Source: Promethearchaeota archaeon
Lineage (GTDB): Archaea > Asgardarchaeota > Lokiarchaeia > Sigyniarchaeales > SOKP01
Assembly: GCA_016840085.1 (NCBI GenBank)
Contig: JAEOTA010000051.1
Span: forward strand, 32,001 to 96,000
DNA length: 64,000 bases
Reading direction: 5' to 3'
Shown: positions 20,308 to 30,572 of the stretch, one piece after another
Layout: each line of letters starts with the position of its first letter
Position numbering within the stretch: the first letter of the stretch is position 1
The notes under the pieces: model-generated
Database searches by the model: none
Told to the model about the DNA's origin: nothing
Seen by the model: only the letters and a program-made list of their open reading frames with translations
Position numbers and translations under genes: made by a program

Positions 20308-21420
20308 TTAAGATTTAAAGACTTTTGGAATAAAACCTTCGATTAATAAACAATCAAGTAATACAACTGCTGTCATAGCTTCAACTACTGGAATGACCCG
20401 TGGTGCAATGCATGGGTCATGTCTTCCAGAAAATTCAATTTCTACATTTTTATTCGTTTCAATATTTACTGTTTTTTGAGAGATGCCTATAGAAGAAGGT
20501 GGTTTTACAACAACTGTAAATTCAATAGGCATTCCTGTAGAAATTCCGCCAATTATGCCACCCGCATCATTTTTCATAGTTTGTACTTTTCCATCTTTAA
20601 TAACCCATGGATCATTATGTTCAGATCCTTTCATTTGTGCTGATTTAAATCCTGCTCCAAACTCTATACCTTTTATGGCAGGGATGGAAAAAATAGCCTT
20701 ACTTATGATAGATTCAAGGCCATTGAAAACTGGACCTCCCTTCCCCTCTGGAAAATTTTTTACTATGCATTTTATGGACCCTCCAATTGAATCTTTTTGA
20801 TTTTTGACTTTAATAATTAATTGTTCCATTAACTTGGATTTTTCGCTGTCTAATGCTCTAATTAGAGATTTTTCTCTTAAATCGATCAATTCTTTGTAAT
20901 CGTATAACGTATAATCTTTTTCATCAAGTATATCTCCAATACTTTTTGTATATGCTAATATAGTTATATTGCATTTTTGTAATATTTGTTTAGCTACAGC
21001 TCCCGCGATCACAAACCCCGCTGTAACTCTGCCAGAAAATCGTCCTGAACCCCGATAATCAGAATTTCCCCCAAATTTTATTAATGCTGTATAGTCTGCG
21101 TGAGAGGGTCGTAGAAATTTTTTAAATTTTTCATATGGTAAGGAATTAATATCTTTATTTTCTATAGTTAAACAAATTGGAGCTCCAGTTGTTTTTTTAT
21201 TGAAAATCCCTGATAATACTTTTACTTTATCTTCTTCATTACGTGAAGTTGTGAGGTTAGATTGACCAGGTCTTCTCATATTTAATTCTTTCTGAATTAG
21301 TTCTAAATTAAAATCGAGTCCTGCTGGAACCCCATCTATAATTATTCCAATTAATTTGCCATGACTCTCTCCAAAAGAAGTTATTTTAAAAATTGTACCA
21401 AAAGAGTTGTCCACACACAA
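20308..21420 (-). CDS. aroC: Chorismate synthase
   Basis: FGESHG, RRPGQS, RPSHAD, GGISTG and GRHDPC motifs. Confidence 0.97.
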   Translation of the reverse strand: MCVDNSFGTIFKITSFGESHGKLIGIIIDGVPAGLDFNLELIQKELNMRRPGQSNLTTSRNEEDKVKVLSGIFNKKTTGAPICLTIENKDINSLPYEKFKKFLRPSHADYTALIKFGGNSDYRGSGRFSGRVTAGFVIAGAVAKQILQKCNITILAYTKSIGDILDEKDYTLYDYKELIDLREKSLIRALDSEKSKLMEQLIIKVKNQKDSIGGSIKCIVKNFPEGKGGPVFNGLESIISKAIFSIPAIKGIEFGAGFKSAQMKGSEHNDPWVIKDGKVQTMKNDAGGIIGGISTGMPIEFTVVVKPPSSIGISQKTVNIETNKNVEIEFSGRHDPCIAPRVIPVVEAMTAVVLLDCLLIEGFIPKVFKS

Positions 21421-21505
21421 TCACTTCTATTTAAACTTCATAAGATCATAATTTTTCTTCAATATTTAATTAATATTATATCTTTTACTTTCTATTTATT
21501 ATTTA

Positions 21506-22822
21506 ATGGATCTCAAAATTAATCCATTAGCAAACAATTTAAGCGGTGAAATCATAGCACCAGGATCTAAAAGTTACTCACATAGAGCTTTTATAGCTGC
21601 TAGCCTTGCAGATGGGATTTCTATAATTAAAAATCCTTTAGTTTCTGGAGATGCTGGAGTTACTATAGATATTTTAAGGTTATTAGGAATAAAAATCTTA
21701 AAAATAGATGGTAACTCTTATATTATAGAACGTTCAAGAGGCTCATTTAAGCCCTATAGAAGAGCTCTTGATTGCAAAAATTCTGGAACTTCCATAAGAA
21801 TTTTTAGTGTTTTAAGTTTATTAATTAAAGGAGGACTTACGTTAACAGGCGAATTTATAAGACGGAAGCGACCTCTTCTTCCTCTCCTCAACGCAATAGA
21901 ATCATTAGGAGCAAAATTTAAACTATCTGATGAAAAACTTCAAATTAAACGTAAAAAAGTCCTCTGTAATAAAGTAAAGATTCCTGGAAATATAAGCTCG
22001 CAGTTCATAACAGCTTTATTAATGGTATGTCCATTATTAAAGTGTGATAATAAAGATTATATTGAAATTGAACTAACAACCTCATTAGTTTCATCACCAT
22101 ATATAAAAATTACTTTAGATGTATTAAACTCATTTGGTATACATATTCAAGAAAATTTCGAAGATGGAAAATTTTATATAACAACCGAACAAACTTATAG
22201 AGCCCAATCCTATGAAATTCCAGGAGATTTTTCTTCTGCATCATTTCTTATCGCTGCTACAGTATTGTCCTATAAAAAATCAAAATTAATTATTAACAAT
22301 TTAAGTACAAACGATTTTCAAGGAGATAAAAAAATAATTGAAATCCTAAATAGAATGGGAGCTAATATTAAAGTTGATGAAAATCAGAAGCAAGTAATTG
22401 TTAAGGGAAATCTAAATAAATACCCTTTAAAAGGCTTGGAGATCGATTGTCATGATATACCAGATCTATTTCCTATTTTGGCAGTTATAGGTGCTTTAGC
22501 GGAAGGCAAGACTATATTATATAATGCTTTACATCTTAGAAGTAAAGAAAGTGATAGAATTTCTGTTATGGCTCGCGAATTAGAAAAAATGGGAGTTGAG
22601 GTAATAGAAGAAAATGATAAGCTAACAATACTTCACTGTAGTAACTTAAAGGGCACTATTATAGATCACGATAACGATCATAGAATTGCAATGGCTTGCA
22701 GTATTGCTGCCTTGTATGCTAATCCCAATTCTCAAATAAAAAACATAGATATTGTAAATGATTCTTATCCTACATTTCTAAATGATTTAAAGAAATTAGG
22801 AGCTCAAATAGAATTAGTTTGA
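21506..22822 (+). CDS. aroA: EPSP synthase
   Basis: PGSKSYSHR, NSGTSIR, SSQFITALL, LRSKESDRI and DHRIAM motifs. Confidence 0.97.
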   Translation: MDLKINPLANNLSGEIIAPGSKSYSHRAFIAASLADGISIIKNPLVSGDAGVTIDILRLLGIKILKIDGNSYIIERSRGSFKPYRRALDCKNSGTSIRIFSVLSLLIKGGLTLTGEFIRRKRPLLPLLNAIESLGAKFKLSDEKLQIKRKKVLCNKVKIPGNISSQFITALLMVCPLLKCDNKDYIEIELTTSLVSSPYIKITLDVLNSFGIHIQENFEDGKFYITTEQTYRAQSYEIPGDFSSASFLIAATVLSYKKSKLIINNLSTNDFQGDKKIIEILNRMGANIKVDENQKQVIVKGNLNKYPLKGLEIDCHDIPDLFPILAVIGALAEGKTILYNALHLRSKESDRISVMARELEKMGVEVIEENDKLTILHCSNLKGTIIDHDNDHRIAMACSIAALYANPNSQIKNIDIVNDSYPTFLNDLKKLGAQIELV

Positions 22823-22836
22823 ATTATTTAAAGATA

Positions 22837-23247
22837 TTATCTAAAACTTTTCTGTCTTCGGGCACGAGCTTTTTTCCCGCCGAATTTCTTTGGTTCTGTT
22901 CTCCGTGAATCACCACTTAACAAAGAATCATCATATTCTCTGAAAGCTCGTTCTATTGTTTTTGTGCCTATAAATTTATAAATTGATTTTGCAATAGCCA
23001 TGCGTACAGCATCAGTTTGACCCATTTTTCCCCCACCCTTAACTCGAACATTGATATCACATTTCTCAAGCTTAGGATGATTTATTATTTCAATAGCTTC
23101 TTGTATTCTCATCCGAGCGATTTCAGGTTCATATAGATCTAACGGGACGTTATTAATTTTTATTTGTCCTTTTCCTGGATGTATTAACACTGCTTTTGCT
23201 ATTGCACTTTTCCTTTTACCTGATGCTTGAATTACTTTCAATGACAT
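22837..23247 (-). CDS. rps9: 30S ribosomal protein S9 (uS9)
   Basis: GKRKSAIA, KGGGKMGQ and RTEPKKFGGKKARARRQKSFR motifs. Confidence 0.97.
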   Translation of the reverse strand: MSLKVIQASGKRKSAIAKAVLIHPGKGQIKINNVPLDLYEPEIARMRIQEAIEIINHPKLEKCDINVRVKGGGKMGQTDAVRMAIAKSIYKFIGTKTIERAFREYDDSLLSGDSRRTEPKKFGGKKARARRQKSFR

Positions 23248-23251
23248 TTTT

Positions 23252-23725
23252 TTAAACCTCAGCTTCTTTTTTATTCCATCCTATGCGTAAACAAAGATTT
23301 TCCAAGGTAATGTACTTATTATAAAATGAAAGGCGCTTCCTGTCTACATTGTTGATTTCAATGGGTTTCAATTCTTGGTATCTATTTTTGAAGCGTTCTG
23401 GGATGTCTGTAATATATACATGAATTCTTTTTAAAGCTTCTTTTCCCCGGAGTTTTTTTCTTGGAAGCATTTGTTTTATGACTCTTCTCATAAAAGTGTC
23501 TGGTCTTCTTTCATGAAACGGGCCTCTACGAGGATTTGTCGCGGTTGTAATATTTAATTTAGCTAAGTATTTTTCGTGAATATCTCTCTTAGTTCCGCTT
23601 ATAATTGCATCTTTAGCATTAATAATTACTATATTCTCTCCCAATAGTGCTTTTTTTGCAATTTGACTACAAAACCGACCTAATATCTTATTGGTAGCAT
23701 CTATTAATTGATATGTTATTACCAT
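23252..23725 (-). CDS. rpl13: 50S ribosomal protein L13 (uL13)
   Basis: IDATNKILGR, RGPFHERRPD and MLPRK motifs. Confidence 0.96.
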   Translation of the reverse strand: MVITYQLIDATNKILGRFCSQIAKKALLGENIVIINAKDAIISGTKRDIHEKYLAKLNITTATNPRRGPFHERRPDTFMRRVIKQMLPRKKLRGKEALKRIHVYITDIPERFKNRYQELKPIEINNVDRKRLSFYNKYITLENLCLRIGWNKKEAEV

Positions 23726-23748
23726 TGTTTCAAACTCTCACATTATTA

Positions 23749-24105
23749 TTAATAAAAAATCTTTACTCCATTACCTTTAGGATTTTGTTCCAATAATTCT
23801 TCTATTGAAATTAATTTGCTTCCTGAAGATTCCATTTTTTTCTTAGCAGATTTTGAATATTCTAAACATGCTATTGTTAGAGTATGGTTTAAATCACCTA
23901 CTCCTAATACTTTACCTGGAACAACTATAACATCATTTTTTTTTGTTTTCTTATCAATACGATATAGATTCACTTTAACTTTATTCCTTCTTGGACCACT
24001 TAATTTTTTTGAGATTGTTCTCCATATTTTTATTTTTGTTTTCCATAAATCTCTTATTAATACTCTAATGTAATAATTTGACGGTCCGGTTATTTTATGA
24101 GACAT
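23749..24105 (-). CDS. rpl18e: 50S ribosomal protein L18e (eL18)
   Basis: VNLYRID, VVPGKVLG and NPKG motifs; conserved operon position. Confidence 0.95.
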   Translation of the reverse strand: MSHKITGPSNYYIRVLIRDLWKTKIKIWRTISKKLSGPRRNKVKVNLYRIDKKTKKNDVIVVPGKVLGVGDLNHTLTIACLEYSKSAKKKMESSGSKLISIEELLEQNPKGNGVKIFY

Positions 24106-24182
24106 TAAAGGCTCCTATTCATGTTTTAATTCATTAAAATTGATATTTAAAATTCTTGATATTTTAATAAATTTTGGATAGA

Positions 24183-25016
24183 TTATGTTTTTATTTCAAT
24201 TGCCGCAAGTTTTTCAATAAACTCATCAACCTTTTCCAAAAAGATCTCGAAAGTCTTTTTAATTATCATCGCAAAAGGTAAAACACCATCACTTTCAATA
24301 AAAAAAATATAAGTATTTACCTTTTCACCTACTTTTATTGCTTTTTCTGGACAATCTCTTACGCAAGATTCACATAATGTACATTTTTTCCAATAATCCT
24401 CTAATAATTTCGGAGTTTTTTGGTTTGAAAAATCATACAATTTTTCTGGACACATTCTAGATACGATACATCTATCTGGACATTTAGCACATTTATTGTC
24501 ATCAAATTCTATTTCTGGATAAAATCTATAGAAAACATTAGATACAGCTTGCCATTTTACATGATCCTTTGTGATACCTAAGATTGCATACGCTTCTAAA
24601 ATTAGTTTATCATTTTTATCAATTTTAACTATTGGAATAGTAGGATCTACAGGAATTATCTTTGGATCATTTGATTTAAGATCACCAGAATATATTTCTA
24701 AGGGTGTATTCGTTGTGTTTGTTACTTCACATGTTAAAGAGACTTGGCACAAAGGACACCCATATCCCCCGCAGGTACAATCACGAGGTAATTTATAAGT
24801 ATCTAAGTCAGTAGTGAGGGGTATTAAACCTAAACGGTGTGAAATTATCTCATCATAGAGAGGGCTATCATTTTTTAAAATGATTACCTCATCAATAGCC
24901 ATAACAGGTATTTCAGATTGAATGATTCTTCTAATTGCATTTGCCATTTCGATGGAAATTCCCTCAACAACAAAAGACAATTTATGTTCACTTTTTTCGA
25001 GAACTTCAAGATTCAT
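24183..25016 (-). CDS. rpoD: RNA polymerase subunit D (Rpo3)
   Basis: ANAIRR, DEIISHRLGLIPL and HVKWQ motifs, plus a ferredoxin-like insert. Confidence 0.96.
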   Translation of the reverse strand: MNLEVLEKSEHKLSFVVEGISIEMANAIRRIIQSEIPVMAIDEVIILKNDSPLYDEIISHRLGLIPLTTDLDTYKLPRDCTCGGYGCPLCQVSLTCEVTNTTNTPLEIYSGDLKSNDPKIIPVDPTIPIVKIDKNDKLILEAYAILGITKDHVKWQAVSNVFYRFYPEIEFDDNKCAKCPDRCIVSRMCPEKLYDFSNQKTPKLLEDYWKKCTLCESCVRDCPEKAIKVGEKVNTYIFFIESDGVLPFAMIIKKTFEIFLEKVDEFIEKLAAIEIKT

Positions 25017-25113
25017 AATGCATTAAAAAATTAAAATTTAAGATTAGAATAACAAGGATAATCTGCCATTTTAGATAAGTTTTATTATTCTAGAAAAAAA
25101 AGAGTAAAATTAA

Positions 25114-26442
25114 TTAATAAAACTTTATATATTCATAGGCTTTATTTTGAGATTGGAAGCAATACTTTATTTCTTGAAAATTTTTTCTAAATTCGGTAAC
25201 TTCATCTCTTACCTTTTTAGGGTCCTTCTTATCAATTAACAATTTTTTAAAAAATTCAGCAATATCCACCATTTCGCTTTTACCCATACCTAACCTAGTG
25301 ACTTCAGATGTCCCAATTCTCAAACCACCTGGGTTTTGATAGTGTCTACCTGCTGCGATATCATACGGTAAAAGATTGCGATTAAGAATTATATTTGCTT
25401 CTTCTAATCGTTTTTCGATATCTCCGCCCAATCCAATACTTTTTTCAAAATCTGTAATATCAACAACAATTTGATGGGATTCAGTAAAACCTTTATGTTC
25501 CATCAACACTTTCAATCCCCTTTCATATAAAGCTTGTCCAAGAGTTTTTGCATTTTCGATAACATTTTTATGATATTCTTTCCCAAATTCTAGCATTTCA
25601 GCTAATGCGATAGCTAACCCTGCAACATTATGTAGATGATGATTGGATAGCAAAGCTGGAAAGGCACATGATTTTAGTGTTTCAATCAAGTCTTCCCTAT
25701 TTGATACAAGAGTTCCATGTTGAGGCCCTGGGAGTGTTTTATGAGTACTTAAAGACATCGCATCCGCCCCTTCTCTTAAAGGATCTTGGAAATATCCTGA
25801 ACCGATTAATCCAGCTACATGTGCTGCATCATAACCCACATAAGCTCCAACTTCTTTTGCAACATCACCTAATTCTTTAATTGGATGCGGGAATAAAAAT
25901 ACTGAACCTCCAAATAAAACTAATTCAGGTTCAAATTCTCTAATGATTTTTGCTGAACCATCAATATCAAGATTCATTTCATCATTATCAAATGCTAAAT
26001 ATTCAACATTTATTCCTCTTGTCGTTCCTGCGGTACCAAAAATTTCTCTCCCACTTTTTGCAAATCGAGGACCATGTGAAATATGACCCCCCCGAACAAT
26101 TGACATGCAACACATTTTTCCATTATTATCTGATGTGAATGCATTATACATAACTAAGTTAGCAACAACTCCAGATACTGGGCGAACATCAGCATGTATA
26201 CATTTGAAATATTCATTAGCAAGATCCATGCAGATATCTTCAATTTGGTCTATATATGTACACCCTGCATAAACACGTTGTCCACTCCAACCTTCTGCAT
26301 AACGATGTGAAAAATCTGTTGCACAGGCTTCATCTACTGCAGGGCTGGTAATATTTTCAGAAGCTATTAAAGGAATCGATCTTTGAAACCAATCATGGTG
26401 TTCAAGTAAGAGATTTCGGATTTCAGCTATTTTTTTCTTCAA
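25114..26442 (-). CDS. glyA: Serine hydroxymethyltransferase
   Basis: PLIASEN, YAEG, GGHISH, STHKTLPGP (PLP Lys) and GLRIGT motifs. Confidence 0.97.
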   Translation of the reverse strand: MKKKIAEIRNLLLEHHDWFQRSIPLIASENITSPAVDEACATDFSHRYAEGWSGQRVYAGCTYIDQIEDICMDLANEYFKCIHADVRPVSGVVANLVMYNAFTSDNNGKMCCMSIVRGGHISHGPRFAKSGREIFGTAGTTRGINVEYLAFDNDEMNLDIDGSAKIIREFEPELVLFGGSVFLFPHPIKELGDVAKEVGAYVGYDAAHVAGLIGSGYFQDPLREGADAMSLSTHKTLPGPQHGTLVSNREDLIETLKSCAFPALLSNHHLHNVAGLAIALAEMLEFGKEYHKNVIENAKTLGQALYERGLKVLMEHKGFTESHQIVVDITDFEKSIGLGGDIEKRLEEANIILNRNLLPYDIAAGRHYQNPGGLRIGTSEVTRLGMGKSEMVDIAEFFKKLLIDKKDPKKVRDEVTEFRKNFQEIKYCFQSQNKAYEYIKFY

Positions 26443-26715
26443 TTTAAATCATTCTCTAATTTTTAGTTTAAACGTTAATAAAATAATAACTCTTCAATTT
26501 TTTTAAATCTTTGTCAGAACTCTAAATTTATTTAATAATAAGTAATAAAACAGGTTTAAACTCTTATTAGATTCACCCAATTTAGACTTTTAGGGAAAAT
26601 GTGAAAAAACAAACAAAATAAGAGTTAAGGTTCATTACATAGTAAATTTAAAAGTTATCAGATAAATTGATTAGCATTAAATTTGAAGATTAATAAGAAC
26701 ACATTTGCTAATGAG

Positions 26716-27615
26716 TTATTCTTTAGACTGTTCTAAAATTAATCGAGCTTCAAATAAATTTAATTTTTTACCAGCTTTTTGTTTTTCCAAAGCCGTTGCT
26801 AATTTATCTTGTTTAATTTTTTTTAATATTTCACTTCTCTTACTAATTTGACGCGGTCTCGTAGAAGGTTTTCTGCTAGGTGTGTATGGTCTTTTTCCCC
26901 TAGAAATTTTCTTCCTTTGATTCATTAAATTCAAATATTGTTCATGGTATCGGTCTGCAGATTTCTTATTTTCGATCAATTCTTCTTCTATAATTCTTTT
27001 ATTTTCTTTAAGTTGATCTACTTTTTGAAAGGTCTCTAACATTTTAGCATGATATTCTTGAGATTTATTTGACCATTTATTTAATTGTTCATAGATTTTA
27101 TTAAGATTAATCTTAACTATCTCACTTTTTCTTTCAATCCTAAAAAGATCGCTATTCTGTTGCACTGCAAAATAATTTTGTTTCATTTCTGCTAATTCTT
27201 TTATTTTATCTATAAGAGCGTTTTCTTCTGAGATATCTAGATTTTCAATCTCAATTCTTCTTTCTAAATTATCTATTTTCCGTTCAATTTGTTTAATCGA
27301 AACAATTGTATTTGGCTTTTTATTATTTTTTCGAATTGCCTTTTTTTCTTCTGTTAATTTCTCTAATAAGGTTTTATATTCAATTTTTTTGTCTTTTAAC
27401 TGTTTTACTTTATCATTCCAATAATCTCTTCTCTTTTTATATTTTTCTTTCGCAAATTTTAATAAATTATTAATTTCAGTTTCGTTTTCTTGTAAGTTAT
27501 TGATATATTCCTTCGTTTTTGCATTCAAATCATCTCTTTTCTTACGAATATCATCGATTATGAGTTGAAGGTCTCTAAGAGATTTTTGAGAGCTATTAGG
27601 TTTATTTCTACTCAT
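26716..27615 (-). CDS. Conserved archaeal long coiled-coil protein (COG1340-like)
   Basis: Heptad-rich K/E sequence, KKRDDLN, EENALIDKIKEL, and C-terminal AGKKLNLFE. Confidence 0.75.
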   Translation of the reverse strand: MSRNKPNSSQKSLRDLQLIIDDIRKKRDDLNAKTKEYINNLQENETEINNLLKFAKEKYKKRRDYWNDKVKQLKDKKIEYKTLLEKLTEEKKAIRKNNKKPNTIVSIKQIERKIDNLERRIEIENLDISEENALIDKIKELAEMKQNYFAVQQNSDLFRIERKSEIVKINLNKIYEQLNKWSNKSQEYHAKMLETFQKVDQLKENKRIIEEELIENKKSADRYHEQYLNLMNQRKKISRGKRPYTPSRKPSTRPRQISKRSEILKKIKQDKLATALEKQKAGKKLNLFEARLILEQSKE

Positions 27616-27775
27616 AAATTAATTCATTAAAGAGTATTTAATAAAAAGATTTTTTAAAAAGTGTTTAAGTAAATACATTGAATATTTTTTATATATTTTA
27701 TGTAAATAAATCAGAAATAAAAGTTAGGCTACTGATAAAAAATTAAAGATTTATTAATTTTAGAAATAATAAAGA

Positions 27776-28654
27776 ATGAAATTAAATATGACTCCTAAAA
27801 TAGTAAAGGAAAATGATTTAATTTTCTTGGTACTTGATGATAGAAGGAGATGGCTAGTGCAGTGTCAATCTGGAGCCACTTTCCATACACATAAAGGAAT
27901 AATTGAATTTGATGATATAATAGGGAAAGAATTTGGGACTGTGATTTTTTCAAAACCATTTGAAAAACAAGGTTATAAGTTTTACGTGTTAAAACCTTTA
28001 CCTTCTGATTATATAATCCATATGACTCGTAAGACTCAAATAATTTATCCTGAAGATGCTGGAATGATTCTACTCTACTCAGGTATTGGACCTGGAAGTA
28101 TAGTCATTGAAGCTGGTTGTGGTTCTGGAGCTCTGACATGTATCTTAGGGAATTATGTTCGTCCAAATGGGCATGTATATTCTTATGATAATCGCGAAAA
28201 ATCGATAAAAAGAGCGAATAAAAATGTAGAAAAAGCAAAATTAGACGAATTTGTTACTATAAAATCAGCAGATATTATAACTGATAATTTAAATCAAACT
28301 GGTGTAGATTCTGTAGTTTTAGATATTGCTGAACCATGGAATTCCATTGTAAAAGTTAAAAATTATTTAAAGTTAAGTGGAACGCTTTTTTCATTTTCCC
28401 CAACCATTGAACAAGTGAAGAAAACTACGTTTGAGATGAGAGAAAATGATTTTATTGAAATAAAAACATTTGAATTAATAAAAAGAAAAATTCAAGTTAG
28501 AAAGAATGCTACTCGACCTGAAGTGAGAATGATTGGTCATACGGGCTATTTAACATTTGGAAGGAAAGTTAAAGATATGAAAAATCCTTATAGAGAAAAA
28601 AAACCAAAAGTAAAAGAAAAGATAAATATGAATGGAATGCCTTTAAGAAGGTGA
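27776..28654 (+). CDS. trmI: tRNA m1A58 methyltransferase (TrmI/GCD14)
   Basis: FHTHKG, RKTQIIYPED, EAGCGSG, LDIAEPW, FSPTIEQ and IGHTGYL motifs. Confidence 0.95.
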   Translation: MKLNMTPKIVKENDLIFLVLDDRRRWLVQCQSGATFHTHKGIIEFDDIIGKEFGTVIFSKPFEKQGYKFYVLKPLPSDYIIHMTRKTQIIYPEDAGMILLYSGIGPGSIVIEAGCGSGALTCILGNYVRPNGHVYSYDNREKSIKRANKNVEKAKLDEFVTIKSADIITDNLNQTGVDSVVLDIAEPWNSIVKVKNYLKLSGTLFSFSPTIEQVKKTTFEMRENDFIEIKTFELIKRKIQVRKNATRPEVRMIGHTGYLTFGRKVKDMKNPYREKKPKVKEKINMNGMPLRR

Positions 28655-28660
28655 GATATC

Positions 28661-28993
28661 ACGGATATTGACTATAAAGATTTTTTAAAATTAGATATAA
28701 GAGTTGGTTTTGTAAAGAAATGTGATAAAATTCCTGACTCAAATAATTTATATAAAATGATGGTAGATTGCGGAGAAAATAATCTAAGACAAATTGTATC
28801 AGGTATTTCTCAATATTATACCTCGGAAGATTTGATTGGTAAGAAAATTATCGTATTAACTAATTTAAAACCTCGAAAATTCATGGGAATTGAAAGTCAG
28901 GGAATGTTATTAGCTGCTGATCATAATAATGAGCCATTTTTATTAAAAATTGATGAAAGAAAACCAATACCCCCCGGATGTAGAATAAAATAA
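28661..28993 (+). CDS. Trbp111/MetRS C-terminal-like tRNA-binding OB-fold protein; start extended to a probable ACG
   Basis: The ORF track starts at 28757, but the frame upstream reads (T)DIDYKDFLKLDIRVGFV, the conserved N-terminus. NLKPRKFMGIESQGMLLAA follows. Confidence 0.85.
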   Translation, partial: TDIDYKDFLKLDIRVGFVKKCDKIPDSNNLYKMMVDCGENNLRQIVSGISQYYTSEDLIGKKIIVLTNLKPRKFMGIESQGMLLAADHNNEPFLLKIDERKPIPPGCRIK

Positions 28994-29416
28994 TTAAAAA
29001 CCTTTATATTGTGCCCCTACTTTAAATTCTTTCTTTTTCTTGAATCGTTCGGTCTTAAAAAAATGTTTCTTCTTTTCTGGTAAAATTTCCACGTACTTTC
29101 TTAATATGTCTTCTAAATATTCCTTCGTTTCTTTACTACTAGTGATTTTATTTGGACCAGATAAATATTCTAATATTTCTTTATCTTTAGATTCTGGAGA
29201 TAAACCTAAATTTTTAATTGGTATATGAACAGAATGTAAGAACCAACCAACAGACTTATCATCGTGAGCAATTATTTTTAAAATATTAGCTTCCTCTTTC
29301 TTGATTTTAAAATCAAGTAACTTTTTTCCTGGTTTTATTATTATACTAGCATATAAAGGAATTTTATTCTTTGTATCATGTATTTTTTTATAAAACGATT
29401 TTAATTTTTCACTCAT
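28994..29416 (-). CDS. Hypothetical protein
   Basis: 140-aa ORF filling the gap, with typical codon usage. Confidence 0.65.
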   Translation of the reverse strand: MSEKLKSFYKKIHDTKNKIPLYASIIIKPGKKLLDFKIKKEEANILKIIAHDDKSVGWFLHSVHIPIKNLGLSPESKDKEILEYLSGPNKITSSKETKEYLEDILRKYVEILPEKKKHFFKTERFKKKKEFKVGAQYKGF

Positions 29417-29531
29417 AACAATTCAAAAAGTTAAAAACAAATATGTATTAAAAAGAATAAATTAAAATTCATAAATAAATTTATTATTTAATAGTTAAGC
29501 TTAAATTCTATTCTCCCCTGAGGACATTAAA

Positions 29532-30572
29532 TTGAACTCTTTAGAAACTCTAGAATATTATTTCAAAAAGAAAATCGCTATCCTAGGAGGGATGGAAACT
29601 TATAAAGATGAGCTTCAGAAAAGACTAAGCTCAAATTGTTTGCCATTAGAAAATAAGCAAAATATTGGTGTGAATATAAGTAAAATCGATTTTATATTTA
29701 AATTAAATAATAAATTTGAATTTCTTTTATGGAATATTGATTGTAGACAACAAAGAGCTTTTTTGCGAACAGTTTTCTACAATGGTGCTGATGCAATAAT
29801 TATTTTGATATCAGAAACGAAAACTATTCAAATTATACAATATTTGAATGAAATACAATCAAGATTACCTGAAGTAACTCTAATTTTCTGTGTGATTCTT
29901 GAAAAAATTTCAAAAGATGAAATTATTGAGCTTTATTTTAAGAATGAAGAGTTTAGAGATCTGCTTGAGATGTATAGTATTGAAATTAATGAAATTACTG
30001 ATCCAGCAGAAATTTTAAACCAAATATCACAAATTTGTATGACAAAAGTATATGAAAAAGAATCAGAAAATAATTATATTATTGATTTTATCTCTCATAA
30101 TCTGTTATTTCGTAATTCTATGATACATGATCATTGTAACGATTATTATGAACCAGATTCTACTAGATTAAAAATCCCTAAAAAAATCGATACTGAATTA
30201 TTAATTAAATATATCCAAAAATCTAATTTAGGGGTTCATTATGAGCCTATTAATTGGATCAAAATAAAAAATGAAACATTTGGTACTTTTTCATTATATC
30301 TTAAAAATGGCAATGTATATTATTTTCCTAAGCTATGTGAGACTTGTAATGATAAAAAATGCATGAAATTTAGAAAAGCCCCTTATTTCATTTGTATTGA
30401 GGCAAGAGAATCATTTGGTTGGACTAATGTCAATGGATTCAGCCAAAACGAACTTCTGGTTTTAGCTAAAATCTTTGCTTTAAAGGAGGGAAATGAAACT
30501 ATTTTACCTAAATCAATTCTAAAGCAAATTAAAAAACTTAATAAATGTGAAAAAAATAAAAAATTCAAATGA
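29532..30572 (+). CDS. Degenerate Ras/Rab-like GTPase-fold protein with C-terminal Cys-rich domain
   Basis: KKKIAILG, NIGVNI, FLLWNI and FYNGADAII mimic a Rab fold, but G1 and G3 are degenerate; CETCNDKKC..C follows. Confidence 0.7.
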   Translation: MNSLETLEYYFKKKIAILGGMETYKDELQKRLSSNCLPLENKQNIGVNISKIDFIFKLNNKFEFLLWNIDCRQQRAFLRTVFYNGADAIIILISETKTIQIIQYLNEIQSRLPEVTLIFCVILEKISKDEIIELYFKNEEFRDLLEMYSIEINEITDPAEILNQISQICMTKVYEKESENNYIIDFISHNLLFRNSMIHDHCNDYYEPDSTRLKIPKKIDTELLIKYIQKSNLGVHYEPINWIKIKNETFGTFSLYLKNGNVYYFPKLCETCNDKKCMKFRKAPYFICIEARESFGWTNVNGFSQNELLVLAKIFALKEGNETILPKSILKQIKKLNKCEKNKKFK

